This document shows, piece by piece, positions 1 through 13,817 of a stretch of DNA of 64,000 bases (its first letter is position 1; the number at the start of each line of letters is the position of its first letter). The stretch is from the human T2T-CHM13v2.0 reference genome, Homo sapiens. The notes beneath the pieces were generated by a model. That model did no database searches and was not told the origin of the DNA. It was given only the letters and a program-made list of their open reading frames with translations. The translations under genes and the position numbers were made by a program. The DNA lies in the NCBI RefSeq assembly GCF_009914755.1, contig NC_060927.1; one strand, given 5' to 3'.

Positions 1-757
1 AACTGTATTAGTTTGCATTCTTATCTGTCAAATGCAAATACGTAAGAGAGAAATAGGCCTAGCACCAAATATTATTAAATTGGCCATGGGACATGAAAGT
101 CAAGGATACCACCAAATTGCATTCATGGAAAGCATTTTTTTTATATTTCATTTTACTGCCACAGTACATACCTTTAAAAAAAATCTGTAGCACAATGATG
201 AGAAATCTACACTGTGAAAATTACTGATTAAAATTATTTACTTACTTTGGATTTGCTTCTTGTTTCTCAGTCTTACAGTGAAACTGTCCCTAGAGGTCTC
301 CCACACAACTTCTTTATGGCTTCTTATATTACTGCTTCTTTTTCCAATCCATTCCCTATTCCCTGTGGCCTACCGAAGTGCTTTTTAAGAACTAGAGACC
401 AAATGTATGCATCAACATAAGACATGATTTCAAGATGAGAGGTATTCTTCCTGTGATTCTTCAACACCACTCAGTCCCTTTTCATAATATAGGGAATGAC
501 TCTGCAGCTACCCTTTTAAGTAAGTCCCACTCATTTCCAGGAATGGCATACTTGCCTATGTTCTCTACCTCAAAACTGCATTATTTATCTTAGCATGTTA
601 GCTCTACTTCAACTAAGGTTATTTCCCTCTTTTTCTCATCATGTATATTACTATTAATATGTATCCAAAGGTTAGCTTTTATTCTAGTATCCCTCAAACC
701 TCTCATCTTTCATTTCTTGTACTCATTTCACAGAATGGCTTGTGATATTCTTTTCTT

Positions 758-1067
758 TTCTTTTTTTTTTTTTTTTGAGATGGAGTCTCACTCTGCCACC
801 CAGGCTGGAGTGCAGTGACGTGATCTTGGCTCATTGCAACCTCTCCCTCCTGGGTTCAAGTGATTCTCCTGCTTTAGCCATAGCTGGGATTACAGGCACA
901 TGCGGCCAAGCTTGGCTGATTTTTGTATTTTCAGTAGAGACGGGTTTTCACCATGTTGGCCAGGCTGGTCTCGAGCTCCTGAGCTCAACTGTGAGGAGAA
1001 AATAAAACCCGCCCACCTAGGCCTCCCAAAGTACTGGGATTATAGGCATAAACCACCACTCTCGGCC
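758..1067 (-). mobile_element. AluS element
   Basis: Poly-T then reverse Alu body; 15-bp TSD TGATATTCTTTTCTT at 743-757 and 1068-1082. Confidence 0.95.
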
Positions 1068-1269
1068 TGATATTCTTTTCTTAAATCCAATTTCACTCAT
1101 ATCAAGTAGATATAAGCATTTGATTAATTCATTATGTCTTCAAGTAGAGTTGTGCCCAAGCCTTTACATTGGAATACTTAGCTTATTGTAAGCCACTTCC
1201 CTTTTCTTTCTTCTTTATATTGTAGTTAACCATCATACCATTTTTTTAAGTATATGGGTGGGTAGGTAA

Positions 1270-2460
1270 TTTCTATAAAGTTCAAAAGAGGGCAGTTAAT
1301 CTGATAGGATTAAACAGTTGACTGGAATCTAATTTGGGGCAGAGACTCTTTAGGCTGAAACTTAACGAATGGGTAAGAGTTAGCTAAGTGAAGGGAAAGT
1401 AGATCAGGGAGATAGAAAAAGAGGCCAAACCCTTGAAGGCAGAAGAATCCTCAGAGATAACAGAGCAGAGAGCTTCAGCTAGAGAACTGGTTGCCAAAAA
1501 GTGGTAAGTGAACCCCTGGAAGCACACAGCTGAACTTTTGCTGATAAAAAGGCTAACTTTTTAATTTTAATAGATTCAAGTGTTTTGAAATACATATTAG
1601 AAGAACAGTAGTTTCCATTTAAGGTGGCAAAACAATTTCCTTGTACAATTAACTTAAATATTAGCAAAAATAAGCTTTTTTTAATAGTAAGTGTTGGTAC
1701 AAATAGGACATGAATATGGTAAATACATGGCTTCTGAATGACTGAAGTTGGGGTGCTCTGACCTATTAGCATGGAGGTTGGAGAAAGAGGTAGAGCTAGA
1801 GATGAGATGAGAAAGCAAGGGCTTGGTCAGGCAAAGTCCTACAAACCACTGTAATTATTCAGGTCTTTGTCTTAAAAGCAATGAAAAGCCACGAAAGGAC
1901 TTCAAACAGAGGAATGAGAAGATCATAGCTGTGTTTTATAAGATCAGTATGGCATCTAATGAGAAATGGATTGGAGGTAGGAAAGATGGCTGTGGGTAGA
2001 CGAGTTAGCCAACTTTTCCAAATGTTTAATTCAAAGACAATGGTGGGGCTGGGTGCGGTGGCTCACACCTGTAATCCCAGCACTTTGGGAGGCTGAGATG
2101 GGAGGATCACAAGATCAGGAGATCGAGACCATCCTGGCTAACACGGTGAAATCCCATCTCTACTAAAAATACAAAAAATCAGCCGGGCGTGGTGACACGC
2201 ACCTGTAGTCTCAACTACTCAGGAGGCTGAGGCAGGTGAATTGCTTGAACCTGGGAGGCGGAGGCTGCAGTGAGCCAAGATCACGCTACTGTACTCCAGC
2301 CTGGGTGCCAGAGCAAGACTCCATCTCAAAAAAAAAAAAAAAAAAAGACAATAGTGGTCCAAGTTCAAGTGATAGCAGCAGAGATGAAGAAAGGAAGAGG
2401 AAATTGAGAGATAACATCTCCTGAAATCCAAGTTGCCATAAATTGAAAAATAGTTGGCTT
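1270..2460 (-). mobile_element. Degraded L2 fragments, interrupted by an Alu
   Basis: L2-like tracts such as aaagcaatgaaaagccacgaaaggacttcaaacagagg...gttttataagatc; boundaries approximate. Confidence 0.55.
2047..2343 (+). mobile_element. AluSc/AluY-type element
   Basis: Full dimer with poly-A; TSD AAAGACAAT(G/A)GTGG at 2033-2046 and 2344-2357. Confidence 0.95.
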
Positions 2461-4859
2461 AATGATAGCTTGGCTGATAACATGAAGAAATAGATGCTAA
2501 GTGAGCATATCAATTGTAAGATATTGCTTCAGAAACATTAAAATATGGAAAATCCATGCTTCTTTAAATAGAGGAAATACAATTTTTAAAGGGTAGAAAA
2601 GAGTGTGTAGACACTAAACAAATGACTGATGATAGTGAACCCCCAGTTGGAAAAAGTCAAAATTGCCAGATTTCTTTGGCCTCAAACTGCTAAACATCTA
2701 ATGTCTTGGGCTTTATTCACTTTTTGTCTTTGAGTGACATGACAGATCATTTTGGTGATATAGATGGAGCTCAAATTGACAAGGTTACTGGAGAAAGTAA
2801 AATCAAAAATCCTTTCTCAGGTAAAGATATACCTGAGTAAGGAATGCTGACCTTCTAATATCAGAGGCCTAAAACTTGTAAGTGGAAGTTTGCTTACAGA
2901 AGACAATGTTCACAGCATTCTGAAAGTCATGGCCAGGTTGTTGCTGTTATTATGAAAATGGTGATTTATAGCCAATGTCCATAGCCTAGGCCTCGAGGTA
3001 TGTTTACAATTTACAGTAAGAGGGGCCCAGCCTTAAATTATTGTTAGCAAGTCTTGATATTATTTTGTAAAAAATGAAATATGTAAACACATACATATCA
3101 CCTTTTAATTTTATTTCTTAGGGGACAAGGGAAAAAACACAGTTTGCAACTATGTATATCTCCTCACATCAAAGTTTAACTCCTCAAGATGAATACATTC
3201 TGTGCCTCTGCTCCCAACTTGAAGAAATTTCAACTGCTCTATTCTTTCCACAACTGCCCATTGTCTTAAAAAACCCCAAATCGCTGGCATTTTAAAAATT
3301 AAATACAGTATATTTTCTAGAAAGAAAAAATAATTACCAGGCTCGCACGTGGCAGATTCCTCTAGCCATGCAAGCCTGGATATTCATGAAAGCCATTTCT
3401 CACTTGGCTCAGGGAAACCTCCCAGAATGATAGGACCATTTACACTAAATGAACCGAACATATTACTGGAGTAACAATTGACATTAAGTATATTACAGCT
3501 GCCAGGGGCAGTATCAGGAAGAATCCCTGGATGACAGAAAACATGATAATGTAGAAGGAAGAACCTGCAGAATCAGAAAGGGGGGAAAAACCCCTCATAA
3601 AACAATTTTAAAAATATATAAAGAGGAAATCATATTTAAAGGAAAAACAGAGAAATTTTGTTATTTTTTTTCCTTCTGCCTGCAGTAGCCTTCTGGTATT
3701 AGACCTGCAATGCATTTGCTACCCCCTAAAATATTCTCAACACTAACAAGATCAGAGGAAATGATTTATTCCACCCCCTCTCCTGCTACTTCTGAACGGC
3801 AGCGCGTGTCCTTGGGGACATGGGATTTCTGCATTGCTTTCGGCCATCTGATATTGCAGCTCTGCAGCCTTCCCTGGAATGAGCCAGAAAAATCAAAATA
3901 ATTACATTAATGCTGGGAATCAAAGTTTATTGACTCTCCCTTGAGGTGGAAAACCAAAATGCTGGTTACAAAAGTTGCCAGCTTATTTAATGATACCACT
4001 GCCTCCTCCCTGTTCTTGTCAAAACAGCTTTTGAAAGCATTTTCAAATAAAGCCCTCAGATGCGCTCCAATTCAATAGCTTATCTATTCCCTTTTAAATA
4101 AAAGCTAGTTCACATCATCTCACCCCCTCAAAGGGAGGACCCGACAGGCCCTCTTCCCCTGCCAAGGCACTGCCAAAGGCAATACTCCCAGGCAATATCC
4201 CTGCCATCATTTCCGCTCTCTTCAGGAAGGTTCTGCCTCATTGAATATTCTTCCAAGCCAGTAAGAGAATCTCATGCCTCCCCAAGGCAGCAATCTACAT
4301 TTATTATAACATTCATGGCTGCTAATGAAACTTGGAGCAGCTGGTTTCTTTCACTTTCCAACAATTCTTTGGATATTCAAAGTCCCCTCATAAGAGAGGG
4401 GAACTTATGAGCACACCCATTTCATGGATGAGCCCGCAGACACAGAGATTCAATGTGGTGCTGACCTTTGTAACTTTCACAGGACTTTGCTACAGCCCTA
4501 AAAAAACAGATGCTAAATAATAATTGATTGAATTAAACTGAAGGAGGTAGATTAATTTTTTTAATTAAACTGAATCAAATAGAACAGAAATAAACAAACT
4601 CTAGCCCTCTCCATGCCTAGTCAACACCTACTATTCTTTCTTGTTTCTTTTTTTTCCTTTTTATTATAAAAGTTTTCAAATAAAATGAGAGACCAGTATA
4701 ATGAAGCTCCAAGTACCTATCCACCCAGGTTGAACAATGATCAAGATTTTCCCACATTTGCTTCATTCATCTTCTCCTTTTTTTCTTCTTCGTTGAAATA
4801 TTTTAAAGCAAGACTAAGACAGCATGCTACTTCATTCCTACTTTTGTCAGTGATTATGC

Positions 4860-5489
4860 TGTGCAGAAAAGAGTTACCATAGAAGGCCTGAGGTTGCTAT
4901 TTTTAGAATTTAAAAAAGTTTGCAGGTAGGTAGGTAATATCTACAGACTTCACTTTATGATGATAAAAGAGACATAAGAGAAATAGACCTGCTTGCAAAG
5001 TTGACTCTTGGCTGGCATCTGGGAACATGGATTTGGGAAGGTTGCCATCATTCCCAGAACTGATAAGAGTGGCTCACTGTGCCCGAACTGTTTGTTCAAA
5101 TAATGAAATGCTAAATGCCTGCTTTCCTTCTGGGAGTCTAAAATGTTGGTATGTGCTAGCCAGAGAGTATCTACGTGACCAGCCCCCAATAACAGCCTTG
5201 GGTGCTGATGCCCTAACAAGCTTCTCTGTTGGACAACATTTCACATGTGTTGTCACAACTCATTGCTGAAGGAATTAGGCATGTCCTATGTGACTCCACT
5301 CAAAGAGGTCTCTCAGAACCTTGCATCAAGTTTCCTCTGAAGTTCACCCCATACGCTTTTTCCCTTTGCTGATTTTGCTTTTTATCCTGCTGTAATAAAT
5401 CATGGCTGCAAGTACAACTATATGTTGAGTCCTGTGAGTATTCCTAGCAAATCATTGAACCTGGTAATGGTCTTGGAACCCCTAACTCA
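4860..5489 (+). mobile_element. Solo LTR, MER21A-like
   Basis: Starts TGTGCAGAAAAGAGTT, ends CA, internal AATAAA; near-perfect 5-bp TSD TATGC/TATAC. Confidence 0.8.
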
Positions 5490-5509
5490 TATACCTACCA
5501 TTTTTTAAG

Positions 5510-5760
5510 TCTACTTAAACCTCACTTTTTCACAGAAACATTGGTGACCTTGGGGAGATGCCAAACTAAGGGAGGCCCCGGTTATCCATTCTCACAGCAC
5601 CCTGAACTTCCTCTTCATAACATTTATCGAAACGGTCCCTAAATAATGTTGAAATCATTTGTTTGTGGTCTATCTCTCCACCAAGAACCCAAAGTCCCTG
5701 AGACAGGAATTTTGTCTGTTTGGTTTGCCATGTATACCTAGCATGGTACACATGGTATAC
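5510..5760 (+). mobile_element. L2 3' fragment
   Basis: tctatctctcca...gagacaggaattttgtctgtttgg...cctagcatggtac pattern typical of the L2 3' end. Confidence 0.55.
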
Positions 5761-6597
5761 ATTTAAAATTTTAAATAGATTCAAGAAAATACCATACCCC
5801 TCCTCCAAGTTTAAGAGGTAAAGTTTATATAATTTCCCTTGCATTACACTCATTCATTCACCAAATACCACTCACTTATGGTATAATCTATACTGTGTCC
5901 CAGTTCAGTTTAATATCCACTTCATTAACATCTTTCTGTAATTAGCAACATCATGCCAATGCTTCACCTTTTAGGTGAGACAAAGCATGACTCTGCAAGG
6001 GGGCTTTCCTCTTGACACTGGTGACTAATTCATCTATTTGCATCACATTATAGGACCCTCTTTCCACCTTACAATCCTCTAGAGATTCTCCTGCAAATAC
6101 AGACTCTTGAGATGATTCTTACATGCCTACTAAAGTTTGGAAAACCACTGTTTTGGGTCACTCAAAAAATGAAAAGGCAGCTATAATTAAAGAAAACCTC
6201 ATGGATATGATTCTTCACCTGAATTTTTAAAAAGATAAATAAACCACAGACTAAACATAAATTTTGCTAAGCATATTCAACTACTGAAAATACCATACGA
6301 CAACAGAGAGAATAAACATATATTCCTTTAAAGAAAAGAAGTGAGTTGTCCATATGTTGTAAGGGATACATCTATATATATATACAGATTGTCTTGCACA
6401 TTTAATGTGTGCGCAGAAATGGGTCAAGTAGATTATTTTTTTCATGGTGGATGAAAGTAAGATGTGATGAGACACACTTGAATGGGGATTGGCAAGATTT
6501 TTAAAGATTATAAGCTTTGCGTTTTCATATAATCTACCATCCTGCAAATTCACTTCTGAGTATATATTAATACCCAAGAGAAACTTGAGCACATATG

Positions 6598-6925
6598 TCA
6601 AACTCCATCAGTGAAAGGCCACCAGGAACACCCTGGTAGTCAAAGTTAAGTGGTTCACCTTACTGTAGCAAAGGAGAAAGTACCCCAGAGGAACCTTGGG
6701 AGCATCTTAGTAAAGGGGAATTATCAGTGGCTTCCTCTAGGGTTTGGGGAATTGAAACAAACTGAAGTTTGCCCAGAAGCAGCAGTCACTCTGAGAAAGA
6801 CAGTGATAGTCAGAAGAAAGGGGTGTTTAGTCATTTGTAGGGTCACAGAATGGCTTTGTTTATGCCTTGTTCTGAGTATTGTTTATGTTCTAGTTGCCAG
6901 TAGAGCCATGTTTTACTTTCTCACA
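6598..6925 (-). mobile_element. ERV1-class solo LTR nested in an old L1M fragment
   Basis: Minus strand begins TGTGAGAAAGTAAAA; 4-bp TSD TATG (6594-6597, 6926-6929); flanks rejoin as L1M sequence (gcacatatg|taccaggaa...acattcatagcagc). Confidence 0.6.
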
Positions 6926-9284
6926 TATGTACCAGGAAATGTGTATAAGAACATTCATAGCAGCACCATTCATAGAAGAAAATTTAAAAATTTAACTAAA
7001 TGGCTATTGATAGGAGTACATATAAAACTTAAAAAGGACAGGGAATGATGAACATGAGGTTAGTAGTTGGTTACCTCTTACGAAGAGGTAGAGATGGGAT
7101 AAAAGGGGGCACAAATTTGTAAGTTATTGGTAATATTTACTTGTTGGGTTTATGCCTGTTATATTATGAAATAAATATTATAAAATAAAACAGAATTTAC
7201 CATGGATGACAGTGAGTCATGAACCAAACTTATAATTAATCTACCTCTGTGACCTGAGGTCCACATTATTTTAAAACAAACAAAAAATAACAATAATCAT
7301 TCATATTTACGTTTCCTTCTCAGCCATACATTTTCTTTTCTACTTAGCATTTTCCACTGTGACACAGTAGGTGCCAGTTGTGTTTATACAGAAGCTACAA
7401 TAAACAAGACTTTTTATTAAATGCAAATGTCACCACGCAGTAGAATCAACTATTGACTTTGTGCAACCTCTCATCAACAGAACCATCAATACGTCTAGCA
7501 AGGCACAGGATTTATTGTCTATGCACACCTTTCAGAGGGCTTCCTGAAACACAACTAGCTTCCATAATTGGTAACCAAATAAAACCGCAGGCCACCAGAA
7601 GCAGAATATAACTCTCTCTAGGAAGCTGTAAATTAAAGGGAGATTTGTCTAACTAAATGTACAGTGCTGCACTCACATGGGCATTTCATCTCTTGCTCTT
7701 TAATGGAGGCAGTCCTTGTACCCCTACTTCACATTACGAATATGGTTTCATCTCTGACAGAAAGGCCAGAGCACCTGGCAGAGTCCTCACATGCTCCCTC
7801 CTTTTACCTTTTCCATTGCATTAATTAATTAGAACTGTCTTTATATTCAGTGACATTTGATTTTGAGGACATTTTTACAAAATAACAACACCAGGTCCAA
7901 GTTCACTACAGCAATAGGATCTACAAGAACCCAAAGAATGAATGCTTTTTAGCAAATGAGAACACAAAGTCACATGATCTTTATTTTTAAAAAGCTCATA
8001 AACTATGTCAGGCAGGGGAATCACATTGCCAGACACCATAAAACAACATATAATTAAACTCTAGCAGTCCATTAGAAGACCTAGTGACAAGCCCTTCTCC
8101 ACTGCTGCAACAAAGGTGGGATGATTTACATGTAGACTGGGAAAAGTCCCATGATATTAGACCAAAATCCAGCACTGCTGCTAATTTTTTTAGACTGAAA
8201 TGTGATTGCCCAATATTAAATTGTTACCATTAGTGGGGAAAAAATAGCTTATTCTAACAAATACTTAATTTCTCTCTAGCTTTGGTGCAGTCCTGACTTG
8301 TAGTTTATTCTAATAAATAATTTAAAAATAATTTTGGTCACCTCCCATATGATCCAAAGTAATGCTATTTGAGATCAATAGGACTAACATTTTCTATCTG
8401 GTATCCATGGAGTTTTTTATCCAATGAGAGAGAACATTCAGGAACTTAGCCTGTCTCATGGCTGAAAATAGGTAGAATATGTTAGGTGTGCGTTTGATAC
8501 AATCTGTAAATAAAAGGCAAATTATAAAAGTTCCCCTCCCTGCAGAGACGAAGTCCCACAATAGGGTGCACAAGCTGCATTTCAACCCCCACCCACACCT
8601 CAGATATGCATCTTCATTCAGTGCACAGAAGACTCAACTGTAGGGGCGGCCTGGATACACATGCCATGTTTCTTCCTTGCCCACTTGGTGTCTTCACATC
8701 CCCTTCCCCTTAAAATAATCCCATTAGTTGAAAAGTTCCTGGATACAAGGAGCAGCCATCAAAGTCCATGGATGGATTTCAAGGGGATGAATTCATTTAA
8801 CATTATTAAATGTTTACTTTGCTAATTCTCAATACTTGTACACAATATAAGACATGATTTCTTCTGTCTATAATATGAAGTCTGTGATTAGAGTAATATT
8901 TCAATTTTTGGTTTGTTTGTTTTGACTTGGAATTAGCAGTAGGATACCAACTTAAGTCAAATTTACTAGTTCTCATTTTCCCTAATTCAGCATTTGTTTT
9001 CATCTATAGAATTCCTTTTCTTAAGTCAGGCTCTTTGGGGTCATCAGCCCCCTGAAATCATGTGCAAAATGGGATGCCTATGTGCACATGCCTCTTTCTG
9101 TGAGGATCGGTACCTGAGAACTTTGATGCCAAGTTAAAAAGACTGTGCCTTGAGTTTTTGACACTAGGGAATGAAGGAAAGTATGAGATAAAGAATATAC
9201 AACATCTGCCACAACTACTGCATATTTTCTTTCTATATCACATTCAACAGTTTATTACAATCACCAGGCTTTTCATTCCCATAA

Positions 9285-9495
9285 AGCAATGTTCAGACTT
9301 CAAATGTGCTAATAATTTAGCTGGAGAATTTGAGAAAACTACACATTCCTCTCCAACACCCCCACCCCCACCTCCTTAGCCCCAAGAATCAGATTTCATC
9401 ACTCTGGAAGAGAACTCAGATATCTGCACTTTTTACAAGTGCCTCATGTGATTCTGAGGCAATGGTGAGAGACCCAAGCTTTGAAAAACGTGCCA
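9285..9495. mobile_element. MER5-family hAT DNA transposon remnant
   Basis: atctgcactttttacaagtgcctcatgtgattctgaggca...tttgaaaaac motif. Confidence 0.55.
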
Positions 9496-10394
9496 TGATC
9501 TACCATCAAGTAGGAATCATGTACATAAGTTCTTCCATTAGAGGAAAAAATAAATGTATTTGTTTCTTTGTAAAGATAGGACGTTGGAAATTTTCACTTA
9601 GATTACTCTGTAAGCGACAAGGAAATTAGAAAGCTCGTTTTTTACAATAATCACTGTTACTTGACAGTTCCTGCAGCATGTTAAGATGGCTGTTATTGAT
9701 GACACTTATTACCTTTTCCCATGCAATAAAACACAGGAACATACAGTGGAAGAGATAAGTATATTTTAAAACAACAGAAGGAAGAAAAATAATGGTAGTC
9801 ATGTCCTCTCATTATTTGTGTAGACTGACTACCATGGGGAACAGTGAAATGCCTTTTTTAAAGTTACACTGTGGCTTTAAATTGGGTTAACTCAGTGAGG
9901 ATAGCCATGAAACAAGTGGCTATAGAGATGTAAAGAATGGGCTATTTCTCTACATTTCTCTTTTGCCTTTTATTTTCCCTATGGTCTTTAATGCATTTCT
10001 CTTTGGAATGGATGAAGTTATAAAGTTGCCTTACATAAAAGCTTTGCTTGAAAGATTGGTAATCACGCACTTTGCTACTGAATTGTCCAGTCTATTCAAT
10101 CTAAAAAAGGCTCTTCTCTTTTGTTCAGCTCAGATTATCTCCTTTGCAGAGTGTAATAGAAATATCTGGGTATAAAATTGAGAAATTGTTCATAAATATT
10201 ATGGAAGGCTTTTTGAGCTGTTTACTATTAGAGGCCTGATTTAGCAAACAGTAAGCCTGCTTTTGCTGGGTTGGGATTTTTTATTTTTTAACTTTTTCCT
10301 TTTAACTGAATCATCCACAGTTAAAAAAAAAAAAAAAAGATACAGATTTCACAGCACTTTCACCCATGATTAGAGCAGAAGAAAACAAATTGCT

Positions 10395-10686
10395 TTTTTT
10401 TTTTTTAGATGGAGGTTTGCTTTGTCGCCCAGGCTGGAGTGCAGTGGCGCAATCTCGGCTCACTGCAACCTCCACCTCCAGATCCAAGTGATTCTCTTGC
10501 CTCAGCCTCCCAGGTAGCTGGGACTACAGGTGCATGCCACCACGCCCGGCTCATTTTTTGTATTTTTAGTAGAGACGGGGGTTTCACCATGTTAGCCAGG
10601 ATGGTCTCGATCTCCTGATTTCGTGATCCGCCCACCTTGGCCTCCCAAAGTGCTGGGATTACAGGCATGAGCCACTGCACCCAGCC
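10395..10686 (-). mobile_element. AluSc-like element
   Basis: Reverse Alu; TSD ACAAATTGCT at 10385-10394 and 10687-10696. Confidence 0.95.
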
Positions 10687-12269
10687 ACAAATTGCTATTT
10701 TTAAGAGACAGTTTTAATATCTTGTACTACATTTGGAGAAGAAAAAAACATCAGCACTGCTATCGCCTATAGGCAACTTTCTTATCTTGCCATTTCTTTA
10801 TTTAAAGTCTTTGCACTGAACCAGCCAATGAAATGCATTATTCTACTGGCCAGCGTTCTCTAGCAGAAACAAGAGACAGCATGCATTACTGAGAAGTCAG
10901 ACACATTTGCACTAAATCAAAAAATAAAAATAAAAAGACTCTCTAGCTAGAGGTTAATAACACAACTCAATCAAAACCAGTGACATTTTTTATCAAACAG
11001 TCGTGAAATTGCCATTTGGAACTCTAACTTGCTACAAATAGAATTAAAAGTGCCATTCTAATTCTGTCTCCTTGTACAATACGACCCTGATATGGAAAAC
11101 AAGGTGTCTACACTGAACACATCCAGTTTACAAGAGAAAAAACGGGATGATTTTTTGATTCTCTCAAATATTAGGTAAGTGTTTAACACATGACTCCTGA
11201 GTGGGAGTGCCAGTTAAAGAGTTGTAGTACCTGTCAACGCTGGTTTAACATTTCAACAAAGCAAATCATCAATTAAAACTCATCAGCAACAGTCATCCTG
11301 TTAATTGACCAAATGATTATCCTTCTTTTAGTTAAGACTCTACCTGACACACTTGAAGAAATTTTTTTCTCTGTTGTAAACCCTCTGGAGTCTGTGGCAC
11401 ACCTCACCTTGGCAAACCACTTTGGTTTTCAGATTCACTGGAAAGCCCCTCTTTGTTCTAAGAGGGGCTCCTGAATGAAAGCCAAGTTCTAGTCTGACTT
11501 TCTGATTGCTTCTTCTCAGGTTTTTTTCTTGCTTCCTACCAGGAGAAGGAAAAAGGTAGTCATAGGCCATCTGTTAAACTTGTGTTTAAAGGGAAGTACC
11601 AAGGTATGGCCAGCTGGATATTTTACTCAACATGGTGGATCATACTCAAGGTAGTGTATAAATGGTTTAGCAGTGAATTCCACCCCATACTTCTTGGGGT
11701 AACATCTATGCTATCAAGCCCTTAAAACCAAATCCAACTAGCTCTAAACCATAAACATATATTATGATTCAAGCATTTGCAGGAAAAAAATTGTGCTTCA
11801 GTATAAAACTTTGCTTCATCTAGAATATAAAGGATCCCATTTCCCAATTACCATATTATCAGATTCTGATTCTATGAGGACTAATTTTCAACTCTGTAAA
11901 TTATAGATAAATGATAACAATGCAAAATAATTCTTGCCTATAGGCAAGCAAATTGTGTTCTGTTCTCTGGAGGTTCAATTAATCCCCCTACCCCACCCTC
12001 AGAAACCAGTTTTGCCCTCCATTTGTAACATTCTTTTCAGTATTCCTGATATATAAATGTGTCTGGGCTTTTTGGATTCTCTTTAGACTAGTTATAATAT
12101 TTGGCTGGTTCTCTCATTATAAGTTGACCTAATCTTTAACATGTTTTCATTTTATATCAGTATGAGAGTCATGATTTCACCTTTATTTGAGAATTATTCT
12201 TTAATACATGTATAGATCTTGGACTAAGGCTATCAATTTCGAGACTTCACTTGTAGGACTGTGCTGTAC

Positions 12270-12626
12270 TCCTGTCTCTCACACTCTCTGCACATGCCAT
12301 TTCCCAGCCTGGAATGTTCTTCCCTCCTCCCCACTCCAGCTTCTGGACCTAGTTAATTCCTAATCTTCACTCAGATTTGGGCACAATTATAGCCTCCATA
12401 AACAAGCATTGCCTAACTACCCCTCCTCTCTGCCAAGAAGTTTAGATCTCCCTGTTATAGTTCTTGCACTTAACACCATTGACATTTATCTGTCTGGATT
12501 TTCTGACTAATGTCTCTTTTCCTCACTAGAATAATGCTCGCTGATGGTAGGGACCATATCCGGTTTTACATACCATTGCACCCAGTTAGGTGTCTGGCAC
12601 ACAGAAGGCTGAAACAATATTTGTTG
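12270..12626 (+). mobile_element. L2 3' fragment
   Basis: gcacatgccatttcccagcctggaatgttcttcc...tctggcacacagaaggc...aatatttgttg. Confidence 0.65.
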
Positions 12627-13139
12627 TGATGGGGTTCTTGACACACTACCCCAAAATATGGCATGTCGGCATTTGACAAAACAGTGGAAGCAGGAAAGTC
12701 TCTCTGACCTTCTCCCACACTTTTCCCCTGAAGCAGGCCATAAAAGAAATCTCTAGCCTTCCTCTAAAGTGGGTCATAGGCCTTATTCAAGAGGCACCCT
12801 TCCTATGCCTGGAGGAAAGGAATGTCATTATCTCTGAAGGCACAGAGATAAAGAGAAAAATCTGAATAAAGAAGGCTTGCTAAGTTCCCCCCAGTTTATT
12901 ATCTTTAGATCACACCCCCTATGTCCAATCATACTTCTACACAACTGTCTGCTCTTCATCAAATTTAGCATAAAAATATACAAGTTTCCCTGTTTCTTTG
13001 AGTCTTCCTTTCTCCATGTCACATAAAACTTATACTAAATAAATTTATGTCCCTTTCTCTTATTAATCTTTCTTTTGTTATAGGGGCCTCAGCCATTAAC
13101 CTGGCAATGGAAAAGAAAAATATTTTCTTCTCCCTTGCA
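12627..13139 (+). mobile_element. Solo LTR, MER39/MER34 group (ERV1)
   Basis: TG...CA ends; 4-bp TSD GTTG (12623-12626, 13140-13143); ctaccccaaaatatggca start typical of this group. Confidence 0.8.
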
Positions 13140-13489
13140 GTTGCGTACATCAGCAACACAGTAGATCCATGGATCAGTGAACAAATTGGGCTATGAATAT
13201 TCCTATTATAAATCAGAAAAACAGATCTAGACCAAAGCTGACCAAAGGAGAAGGAAAAGGAGAGACTGCATTTTGATGTAAGTGTTACTGATTTGAAAAA
13301 CCATGGAGATCGATCACCTACTACAAGGTCCAATGGTATTCCAGATTCTAGAAAAGACCTAGATAAAAATATAAAGTCTCTGAAAGTCCTCTCATCTTCT
13401 CCAAAGAGTCCTAAAATCCAAAAGAACCTAGGATTTCTGGGTATTTTGAACCTGAACAAAGGCAAAGCACAAAAAGCATGGTATAGAAG

Positions 13490-13650
13490 AAGGCTTCTCA
13501 AAGTGTGGTTCCCAGACCAGCAGTACCTCTTGGAAACTCTCAGGCCTCATCTCAGACCTACTGATGAAATCAGAAACTCTGGAAGAGGGACCAGCCATCT
13601 AGGTATCAACAATCGCTTCAGGTGAAACTGATGCTTGTTAGAGACTCATT
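13490..13650. mobile_element. MER5A
   Basis: cttctcaaagtgtggttcccagaccagcag...agacctactga...aatcagaaactctg. Confidence 0.7.
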
Positions 13651-13817
13651 GGCATAGAACAAAGATGGGCCTCAACAAAGATGGAATCACCAGACTCCAC
13701 TGTAAATAGCTGTGAAACACTGAGCAAGTTATTTAAGTTCTCTAAGCCTGAGTTTACTTATGAGGAAAAATGGGGATAATAACAACAAAAACTATCCCAC
13801 AGAAATGTGGTAAGAAT

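Noticed and set aside
11444-11469. 10-bp stem hairpin as a miRNA or terminator
   Set aside because: Too short for a pre-miRNA and near chance expectation.
13019-13625. 160-aa and 110-aa overlapping ORFs
   Set aside because: They span LTR, unique and MER5A junctions, with no recognisable domain or splice context.
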